5,700 nt of DNA, taken from IMG/VR virus record IMGVR_UViG_2645727680_000010. One strand, written 5' to 3'. The notes under the pieces were generated by a model that was not told where the DNA came from, searched no databases, and saw only the letters and a list, made by a program, of their open reading frames with translations. Origin of the DNA: a virus (lineage: Duplodnaviria > Heunggongvirae > Uroviricota > Caudoviricetes). A program made the translations under genes and the position numbers. Of this stretch, positions 1 through 5,446 are shown piece by piece (position 1 is the first letter of the stretch; each line of letters opens with the position of its first letter).

Positions 1-13
1 GTATAAACCTTAC

Positions 14-41
14 ATGTTGATTACATTTTTGTAATCAACAT
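14..41. repeat. Perfect 12-bp inverted repeat (ATGTTGATTACA / TGTAATCAACAT) around a TTTT centre; hairpin-capable, function unknown
   Basis: Base-by-base complementarity of 14-25 with 30-41. No U-tract follows on either strand, so it is not a canonical intrinsic terminator. Confidence 0.6.
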
Positions 42-267
42 CCTGTTTGGAATAGCCAGCCTTTAATGGATAACTATTTCTGACAATGCAATGAGTATAA
101 TCAAGTCCATCTTCCACTGAGAATTAGAGGCGGCATGCTTTTTCCGGCTCTTGCCGGATATCCGTAATTGTCCATAATCTGCAGATTTATACCTTCTGCA
201 TGACCTGTCAGCGAAAATTTGTCCGGTGTTTCTACGGGAATGACATCAAAAGTTACACGCACTCGCG

Positions 268-579
268 TTACCGTGTAGACCTACTTTCCTGCACTTGCAA
301 GATCACAGTGGTGTAACCGTAACAGGAATTTATTCTCTGGACCGGCAGTAAATCCCTGAGTGGCGTGGTTCCCATATCAATTTCCCGCCAGGCAGCCTCC
401 ATTGCCAGCGTACAGGCTGGAGCCATGACCTGCCCTTTAAATCTGGCCCGACCATCCCACCGGACGTGTTCTTCTCCCCTGAACTTAGGTACAGTCATCT
501 CCAGTGGCACAAAAGTGTCAGCGCCATAATTTTTGACCGTTATCGCGCTACGGATATTTTGTTGACTGGTGAAAATCAC
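268..579 (-). CDS. Hypothetical protein (103 codons, GTG start), possibly the remnant of a frameshifted gene
   Basis: Open frame from GTG at 577-579 to TAA at 268-270. No convincing Shine-Dalgarno upstream and no motif I recognise. The overlapping frame 548-685 carries two in-frame ATGs (685, 673) just after the upstream gene stop, which suggests a disrupted longer gene. Confidence 0.3.
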   Translation of the reverse strand: MIFTSQQNIRSAITVKNYGADTFVPLEMTVPKFRGEEHVRWDGRARFKGQVMAPACTLAMEAAWREIDMGTTPLRDLLPVQRINSCYGYTTVILQVQESRSTR

Positions 580-708
580 CCCGCAGAATCAGGCTTATTC
601 CCTTAACCCGGGCTTTCATCCTGACCGCCGCCTCACTACGACCAATCAGACTGCCGATGCATTTTACCTTCATTGTTAGTATCATGATTTCAGGCCTGCA
701 CCATCCGC

Positions 709-1443
709 TCATTGCCCGGACTTCCGACAAATCCCGGCAACCATATCCCGGTGCTTGTTCAGCTCCCGCAGCGCGGCGCAGACTCGCTCCCACTTCTGAA
801 CATGATTCTTCGCCCTACGCAGTTCGCGATTTGCCATATGCAGCGATGGCAAAATCAAATCATCTTCTCGCGTTGCAGTAAACGATGGCAGCGACTGCAC
901 AATGTCCGCCACAGTTTCTGTTTTAATATCTTCCTGTGTTGCATCTTTCTGTACCGGTAACGCAACACCGGCTGGCTGAGGAAAGGCTTTACCATCGGTT
1001 TCCGCTACCGATTCAACTTTCGGCTCTGCTGGTAAATTATCACCTGGTATGCAGTAACGAATTTTACCGTTCTGGTTTACGCGAATCAGACGACCTTTGC
1101 TGATTGCCATTGCCAGCGTTGAAGCAACTTTGCGGGATGTTGTACCGAACAGCGTAGCCAGTTCATCCGCCGTTTGTGGTCCGCGTTGTTCAATCGTCGC
1201 GGTTAAATCGCACTCTGAGATTTTCGCTTCTGTTGCCGTGGTGGTTTCTTCTGGCGCTGGCTGTTCCTGCTGAACGTTGTTATCAGCCACACGCCAGGTG
1301 TATACGCTTTTATCAACGAAGCCAGCCTTTTTCAGTTCCCACAGCTCGTTCAGTACTTCTTCACGACTGATATCAAGGCGCGCAGCCAGCTCTACCGACG
1401 TGGCTTTTCCCATCGCTTTCAGTGCGTCAAAAACAGTCTCCAT
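709..1443 (-). CDS. Prophage protein with two winged-helix-like segments (DUF1627-like by recollection), function unknown
   Basis: 244-aa ORF with ATG at 1441-1443 and GGAGG 6 nt upstream on the - strand. N-terminal segment [28 protein letters not shown] and a second segment [29 protein letters not shown] look like winged-helix folds, separated by an acidic/Thr-rich linker. Stop TGA at 709-711. Confidence 0.7.
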   Translation of the reverse strand: METVFDALKAMGKATSVELAARLDISREEVLNELWELKKAGFVDKSVYTWRVADNNVQQEQPAPEETTTATEAKISECDLTATIEQRGPQTADELATLFGTTSRKVASTLAMAISKGRLIRVNQNGKIRYCIPGDNLPAEPKVESVAETDGKAFPQPAGVALPVQKDATQEDIKTETVADIVQSLPSFTATREDDLILPSLHMANRELRRAKNHVQKWERVCAALRELNKHRDMVAGICRKSGQ

Positions 1444-1476
1444 AAATTTCCTCCCGGTAAAAAATCACTTCTCAAC

Positions 1477-1875
1477 TCAAACAAAACCAGCCGCTTTCCG
1501 GCGTTCATATTCCTGTTTCAGCAACTCAATTGGCGTTGGCCCCGACGGGCGTTTGGGGGCCGCCAGTTGTCGCCGGACTGGCGGAACGCTCAGGCCGTTA
1601 CTAACATGCTTTGCCCATTTCGTCAGTTGCCGTTCTGCAAGCCGTTTTAATTCCCCTTCGGTCATCTGGCGCTCAATCCCCTTTGAACGCATCTCGAGGC
1701 AAATGTGATACAGCACAGGCTGAGACCACGGGTACTTATCACTTCCGTCGTATCGCCAGGACTCATTGCGCCAGCGGCGGTACTCCTCCATCACAGCATC
1801 CACCGTCAGACCGAATGGATTGGCTCCGCTTTTCGAAATCAGTGCCACAAACTCAGCCANNNNNNNNNNATGCAC
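1477..1875 (-). CDS. Hypothetical early-operon protein; 5' end unresolved because of the N-run
   Basis: Open frame ending at TGA 1477-1479. The upstream part runs into the 10-N gap at 1860-1869. Candidate starts are GTG at 1873-1875 or ATG at 1789-1791 (GGTGGA about 9 nt upstream). No Walker motif or other recognisable domain, so it is not a DnaC/DnaB-type helicase loader. Confidence 0.5.
   Translation of the reverse strand: MHXXXXAEFVALISKSGANPFGLTVDAVMEEYRRWRNESWRYDGSDKYPWSQPVLYHICLEMRSKGIERQMTEGELKRLAERQLTKWAKHVSNGLSVPPVRRQLAAPKRPSGPTPIELLKQEYERRKAAGFV
1860..1869. other. Run of 10 ambiguous bases (N): assembly gap or masked bases inside coding sequence
   Basis: Directly visible. Ten N is not a multiple of three, so the true length and frame across the gap are unknown. 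Confidence 0.99.
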
Positions 1876-1902
1876 TGGCGGCAGACCTGCCGGATTTGCT
1901 GC

Positions 1903-2943
1903 TCAGTCATCGCGCCAATCTGTGCAATCCAGAGCTTCGAAGGTGCGGCCCCGTTCTTCTGGGTCCAGCGGTTCGAATAAACCACCCCCATGAGTTCCCA
2001 CAGCTTCCAGGCCGTTTCCGTCGCTGATAAATCCGTTTTCACGTTCCCACTGCTCACGTGCTGCCCGAATTTCCTGAACTGCCCGTGATGCGGTGCCACC
2101 TGGTGCTGCTGCATGGTTTACCCCTTTGCTGACTGGTTTAACCTGCGCCCTGACGTGATTTACGTGACGGGCGAATTTCTGCTCCCACTGAATCTGCGTA
2201 AACACTTTCCCCTCCGCTGCCCAGTAGTCCCGGAAGGCGGCAAGTTCAGCAGGTGTAAATTCTGTCTCCGGCAAAGCCATCCCCCACAACGCAGCCCGTC
2301 GTCGAAAATCCCGTGACGGATACCAGCTATCGCTCATCGGGAATTTTCCGATGGGTTCGCTCAGGCCATACAGGAATACAGGGGGGGCTGCCTGTAACGA
2401 CAAAACTTCCTGCTCACTGGTCGGAGCACTCTCGCGTGCGTTATGTGTGGGGTTTAGATCTTTGGGTTCCTTTGGGTTCCGTGATCCGTTTTTGGGTGTC
2501 TTTGATGGAAAATTTGGGTGTCTTTGGTTATTTTCCATGCAGCTAAGAGTTCTGTTTTTGGGTCTGTTTTGTGCTGAAACATAACCATTTTCGGTACTGT
2601 TTTTATTAACAGCACCAATTTTACCCACCTTTAAAGACTCCCGTTTTTGGGTGTATTCAGGCTCGGCAACACTTTCTTCTACACCGATAAGTCGGTACAC
2701 CACAATTTGCTTTGTTCTGCCTTTTCTCTCACCGGTATCAACAATTAACCCAATCTCCATCAGGTGTCGTAAGCTGTCCTGCACAGTCTTTTTGTTCAGT
2801 TCCGTTACTTCTGCCAGTGCAGATACAGACGGGTATGCACACAAATCGGCACCGCACATATCAGCAAGCCAGGTCAATACTGACTTACTGGATGAACTGC
2901 CGGTTTTCACCTTTTTAGCCCATCGTAGTGCATCGATACTCAT
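1903..2943 (-). CDS. Phage replication initiation protein (N-terminal winged-helix DNA-binding domain, low-complexity linker, C-terminal DnaT-like domain); lambda O-like role
   Basis: First ATG of the frame is at 2941-2943 with AGGGG 5 nt upstream; the longer 3018 start is a TTG and overlaps the upstream gene by about 100 bp. N-terminus MSIDALRWAKKV...LAEVTELNKKTVQDSLRHLMEIGLI is typical of phage replication-protein HTH domains. The Pro/Lys/Asn-rich linker is encoded by the iteron array. C-terminal region resembles DnaT-type domains (recollection). Stop TGA at 1903-1905. Confidence 0.75.
   Translation of the reverse strand: MSIDALRWAKKVKTGSSSSKSVLTWLADMCGADLCAYPSVSALAEVTELNKKTVQDSLRHLMEIGLIVDTGERKGRTKQIVVYRLIGVEESVAEPEYTQKRESLKVGKIGAVNKNSTENGYVSAQNRPKNRTLSCMENNQRHPNFPSKTPKNGSRNPKEPKDLNPTHNARESAPTSEQEVLSLQAAPPVFLYGLSEPIGKFPMSDSWYPSRDFRRRAALWGMALPETEFTPAELAAFRDYWAAEGKVFTQIQWEQKFARHVNHVRAQVKPVSKGVNHAAAPGGTASRAVQEIRAAREQWERENGFISDGNGLEAVGTHGGGLFEPLDPEERGRTFEALDCTDWRDD
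2461..2652. repeat. Iteron-like direct repeats (6 x TTTGGGT, same orientation) plus adjacent AT-rich stretch; putative phage replication origin inside the initiator gene
   Basis: TTTGGGT at 2461, 2471, 2491, 2513, 2557 and 2646. Extended copies: TTTGGGTTCC x2 in tandem, TTTGGGTGTCTTTG x2, TTTGGGTCTG. Region 2571-2640 is about 36% G+C by hand count against about 55% around it. Same layout as ori-lambda inside gene O. Confidence 0.55.
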
Positions 2944-3466
2944 ACGAACCCCTGGCAGACATTTGTTTATCTGCAAAGTAATATTGGTATTGCTGACGAT
3001 ACGCGTGCTTGAAAGCAATAGCTTTTTCTATAAGCTCGTCAGTCTCACGTTCCACAACAACTGGATCCGCAAAAAGCAGCCCGGACTCCACCACATCGCC
3101 ATATTCTTTGTTTAACCCGGCGATCATGTACGTAATGCTTTTTCCGTCAGTAATTTCACAATACAATCTGAAATCGCTGATCCGGATAGCCTCCATAATT
3201 GCCGGAATCAGCGCCGTGAATTTGTCACGCTTATCTCTGGTGTCGATAGCTTTCCAGCGTTCGAATATCTTCACCCGGTTAACGCCCAGCGCCCGTTGAT
3301 CAACCTCGCCATCATTAAACGTGACGCGTTGAACATCGATGTTCGGGCGTTCTTTCAGAGCCCAGAATGCTTCCGTGATTAATATCGTCGCCTGCTCCTG
3401 TGTCATTCCTGGTCGGCATACCCAGGTATCCAGAGCCTCACAAACCTGTTCAGTGGTGATTTTCAT
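2915..3466 (-). CDS. CII-like / YdaT-family early regulatory protein (putative)
   Basis: 183-aa ORF with ATG at 3464-3466 overlapping the 3' end of the Cro-like gene by 17 bp, which suggests translational coupling. Its position right after cro is where lambdoid phages carry cII or YdaT-type genes. Family assignment rests on position and size, not on a recognised motif. Stop TAA at 2915-2917. Confidence 0.55.
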   Translation of the reverse strand: MKITTEQVCEALDTWVCRPGMTQEQATILITEAFWALKERPNIDVQRVTFNDGEVDQRALGVNRVKIFERWKAIDTRDKRDKFTALIPAIMEAIRISDFRLYCEITDGKSITYMIAGLNKEYGDVVESGLLFADPVVVERETDELIEKAIAFKHAYRQQYQYYFADKQMSARGSYEYRCTTMG

Positions 3467-3677
3467 TGTTCAACCGCCCCGCCCGCTTTGCCTTACGATA
3501 TTCGTCATAAACTTTGGGGTCGTACTGAAGTTCCCCGCCGGATGCCTCTTGCAGGCGCATCGCGCGACCTTCAGGAACCAGTTCCCCCCATGCAGCAACG
3601 CTTGCCAGCCTAACTCCTGCGACATTGGCAAGCTTTGTTTTGCTGCCAAAAAACGCTATAGCATCAATTTTCAACAT
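3450..3677 (-). CDS. dicC: Cro-like transcriptional regulator (DicC / YdaS family)
   Basis: 75-aa ORF with ATG at 3675-3677 and AAGGGG 6 nt upstream. Divergent from an XRE repressor. Size and sequence character (…GSKTKLANVAGVRLASV…LVPEGRAMRLQEASGGELQYDPKVYDEY…) match my recollection of DicC of the Qin prophage and YdaS-type proteins. Confidence 0.7.
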   Translation of the reverse strand: MLKIDAIAFFGSKTKLANVAGVRLASVAAWGELVPEGRAMRLQEASGGELQYDPKVYDEYRKAKRAGRLNNENHH

Positions 3678-3753
3678 ATCGAACCCCTTAGATTTTCCTA
3701 AGGAAACTAGATCGTAGAGAAACCTAAGTCAAGAAAAATTAGAATTACCTAAT
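3678..3753. promoter_or_regulatory. Divergent promoter/operator region of the repressor / Cro-like switch
   Basis: 76-bp intergenic region between divergent start codons. 18-bp palindrome CCTTAG-ATTTTC-CTAAGG at 3686-3703 overlaps the RBS of the Cro-like gene. TTGACT (-35-like) on the - strand at 3727-3732. TAGAAT (-10-like) on the + strand at 3740-3745, only 8 nt before the repressor ATG, implying a leaderless or near-leaderless repressor mRNA. Confidence 0.6.
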
Positions 3754-4161
3754 ATGAAAAACGAAACCTTCGGTGCTCGCCTCTTATACAGGCGAAAAAA
3801 ATTAAAACTGTCTCAGGCCGCATTAGGTAAGCTGGTCAAAGTGGCTCACGTAACAATTTCTCAATGGGAAAGAGATGAAACACAGCCAGCGGGGAAGAGA
3901 TTATTCGCACTGAGCCAGGCGCTTCAGTGCTCGCCGACTTGGCTTCTTTTTGGAGATGAAGATAAGCAACCAGGCGAACCGATCCCAGATAATCAGCCAG
4001 TCAATCTGACAGAAGATCAAAAAGAGTTGCTTCAACTGTTCGACGCACTGCCTGAGTCAGAGCAAAAGGCTCTGTTGTCAGAGATGCGTGCTCGAGTTGA
4101 GAATTTCAACAAACTTTTTGAAGAACTACTCAAAGCTCGCAAAAGAAGCGCAAATAAATAA
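3754..4161 (+). CDS. dicA: XRE-family phage repressor, DicA-like (CI-equivalent)
   Basis: 135-aa ORF with ATG start. N-terminal XRE helix-turn-helix (LSQAALGKLVKVAHVTISQWERDETQP) and a C-terminal helical region. Size, divergent partner and sequence match my recollection of DicA of E. coli Qin prophage. Stop TAA at 4159-4161. Confidence 0.8.
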   Translation: MKNETFGARLLYRRKKLKLSQAALGKLVKVAHVTISQWERDETQPAGKRLFALSQALQCSPTWLLFGDEDKQPGEPIPDNQPVNLTEDQKELLQLFDALPESEQKALLSEMRARVENFNKLFEELLKARKRSANK

Positions 4162-4259
4162 CCCCCCTTTTTTTCGCAACTCTCTGTAATAAAAAGCACA
4201 AACTTTCAAATACTTGTGTTTTTTACATCAAGAAGCTTAGGTTTTTCTACACAAAAAGC

Positions 4260-4289
4260 TTGACCATAACTCTTAGGCTATTCTAAATT
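4260..4289 (+). promoter_or_regulatory. Candidate sigma70 promoter for the downstream small-gene cassette
   Basis: TTGACC at 4260-4265 (5/6 to TTGACA), 18-nt spacer, TAAATT at 4284-4289 (4/6 to TATAAT), about 80 bp upstream of the first cassette ORF. Confidence 0.35.
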
Positions 4290-4301
4290 CTACTCATCAA
4301 G

Positions 4302-4315
4302 ACACCGCACGGTGT
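4302..4315. promoter_or_regulatory. 14-bp palindrome ACACCG-CA-CGGTGT between the candidate promoter and the cassette start; candidate operator
   Basis: Perfect 6-bp arms with a 2-bp centre, too tight for an RNA hairpin, so more likely a dimeric protein-binding site. Lies between the putative -10 and the RBS (AGAGGA, 4356-4361). Confidence 0.35.
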
Positions 4316-4368
4316 TCTCAGCAAACAGTTCCGCTACCCGGCGTTAAGGGGAAGCAGAGGATTTCTCA

Positions 4369-4725
4369 GTGGGCGAAGTCAAACATCAGAATGGAAGGCG
4401 TCCAGGGATCAGCAAAGAAACAGCGATGGCGCTTTATATTGATATCAGCGCCATTGCCGGACAGGTAAGAGTTATCAGAGCGGTAACTAAGCGGTATGCG
4501 CCTTTACTTCAGAAAGTCTCTGGTGAGTGCACCGAAGATATTGTCAACGATTTCGTCATCGAACTGCGAGGACTCATCTTCAGTTACAAGGTGACCACAA
4601 TTTTTGCAGATGGCTCCCGCGAAACTGTCAGAGCCCTGCGGCTTAAAGGATGTGTCAAAGACTTAGCCACCACATTCTGGGCAAGAAAACTTGATTGTAT
4701 TCATAACCAATTTCCTCTCGAGTAA
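4369..4725 (+). CDS. Hypothetical protein, 118 aa (GTG start), first gene of the accessory cassette
   Basis: GTG at 4369-4371 preceded by AGAGGA with a 7-nt spacer. The first in-frame ATG (4426) has no RBS. No TM segment or motif recognised. Stop TAA at 4723-4725. Confidence 0.55.
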   Translation: MGEVKHQNGRRPGISKETAMALYIDISAIAGQVRVIRAVTKRYAPLLQKVSGECTEDIVNDFVIELRGLIFSYKVTTIFADGSRETVRALRLKGCVKDLATTFWARKLDCIHNQFPLE

Positions 4726-4797
4726 CAGACCCCTCAGAGGATACCACCTCGCCTGACGTGGTTAAAAAGCAGGCAACGCTAACCACAAGGAGCCGAC

Positions 4798-5016
4798 ATG
4801 CAGAAACGAGACCCCGTCATCATCGCGCCAGACTATACCGATGATGAACTTTATGAGTGGATGCACCAGAAAATTAAGGCGGTGCAGGACCTGAAATGGG
4901 CCAATGAAGCCAGGGCTAAGCAGGCTGAAAATCTGTCCGCTCTGGAGCAGGATATCACCAATCTGGAAAAAGCAGCGGCATTAAGCATTGCCAGAATGAT
5001 TACATACCCACGTTAA
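4798..5016 (+). CDS. Hypothetical protein, 72 aa, helical/coiled-coil-like
   Basis: ATG at 4798-4800 with AAGGAG 5 nt upstream. Charged, helix-prone sequence (…KAVQDLKWANEARAKQAENLSALEQDITNLEKAAALS…). Same length as ydfC of Qin, but I cannot confirm identity from memory. Stop TAA at 5014-5016. Confidence 0.65.
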   Translation: MQKRDPVIIAPDYTDDELYEWMHQKIKAVQDLKWANEARAKQAENLSALEQDITNLEKAAALSIARMITYPR

Positions 5017-5038
5017 TAGCTAACCAACGAGGCTAATA

Positions 5039-5446
5039 ATGGAATTTAAAGATTTACCAACGCCATTACAGGAAATGGCATCGAATATAGTTCGTTCACA
5101 ACTGGCTACTCTTGACCTTAGTACCGCAGAAAAAGAAACCATCGATAATATGGTTCGTAATGTGCGCAATGCTTTTTCTGGGTTATATGGTTCTGATAAT
5201 CAAAAGCAGGAAAGCGATGTTAATAAACGGGTAATTTCTGTTTGCGTGAATGGCCATGTTCTTTCATCAATCAAAACAGAAACGGCGACAGTCTTCGATT
5301 GCCTTTGCATTGTACAGAGCCTTGTTGATGCCCTGTTTCGTTCAGTGAATTTAGAAAATGATGCAAATCTGCGAGGGCGCATAATAGCACATCCATATGC
5401 ACATACTTTAGGCTCTGTGGATATCAAAGATCCCACAAATCTTTAA
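5039..5446 (+). CDS. Hypothetical protein, 135 aa, low-GC accessory gene
   Basis: ATG at 5039-5041 with GAGG 6 nt upstream, 22 bp after the previous stop, so operon-like. About 37-40% G+C by hand count on lines 5041-5160, against about 58% on line 1501-1560. No recognised motif. Stop TAA at 5444-5446. Confidence 0.65.
   Translation: MEFKDLPTPLQEMASNIVRSQLATLDLSTAEKETIDNMVRNVRNAFSGLYGSDNQKQESDVNKRVISVCVNGHVLSSIKTETATVFDCLCIVQSLVDALFRSVNLENDANLRGRIIAHPYAHTLGSVDIKDPTNL

Noticed and set aside
80-101. Perfect TATAAT at 96-101 as a plus-strand promoter
   Set aside because: The only -35-like hexamer (CTGACA, 80-85) is 10 bp away, which is too close. There is no TG extension at the right position and no plus-strand ORF downstream.
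548-960. ORFs 548-793 (-), 657-881 (+) and 712-960 (+)
   Set aside because: They overlap the two-winged-helix gene in alternative or antisense frames. Only the 548-685 portion is retained as a possible piece of a frameshifted gene (see findings).
1176-1708. Plus-strand ORFs 1176-1370 and 1277-1708
   Set aside because: They lie antisense to well-supported minus-strand genes (709-1443, 1477-1875), lack RBSs and have Ser/Arg-rich low-complexity translations typical of shadow frames.
1611-2114. Overlapping ORFs 1611-2027 (+), 1705-1980 (+), 1766-1993 (+) and 1839-2114 (-)
   Set aside because: All overlap the C-terminal part of the replication initiator or the gap-containing gene in other frames. 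Several run through the N-run (X residues). No independent start signals.
2461-2652. CRISPR array as an explanation for the TTTGGGT repeats
   Set aside because: Repeat units are 7-14 bp, irregularly spaced, with no uniform spacers and no cas genes, and they lie inside a coding sequence. Iterons fit much better.
2944-3018. Longer N-terminal extension of the replication initiator (start at 3018)
   Set aside because: The 3018 start is a TTG with no RBS and would overlap the upstream gene by about 100 bp. The first ATG at 2943 has an AGGGG RBS and begins the recognisable HTH domain.
2113-3299. Plus-strand ORFs 2113-2316, 2313-2546, 2351-2584, 2651-3115, 2712-2918 and 3009-3299
   Set aside because: Antisense to the replication initiator and the CII-like gene. 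The translations are low-complexity and partly generated by the iteron repeats.
3339-3701. Plus-strand ORF of 120 aa
   Set aside because: Antisense to the Cro-like and CII-like genes and would run through the divergent promoter region. No RBS.
4162-4175. C6-T8 tract right after the repressor stop as an intrinsic terminator
   Set aside because: No complementary G-rich arm upstream to form a stem. It may still help termination, but it is not a canonical hairpin plus U-tract.
4191-4225. Hairpin CACAA...TTGTG followed by a T-run as terminator or small RNA
   Set aside because: The stem is only 5 bp with 2 G-C pairs (extension is just A:T pairing of flanking runs) and the loop is 12 nt, so it is too weak to call. 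No evidence for an sRNA such as DicF.
5200-5436. Minus-strand ORF of 78 aa
   Set aside because: Entirely inside the 135-aa plus-strand gene in antisense, with no RBS. The convergent 77-aa ORF (5424-5657) is kept instead because it has a strong AGGAGG.
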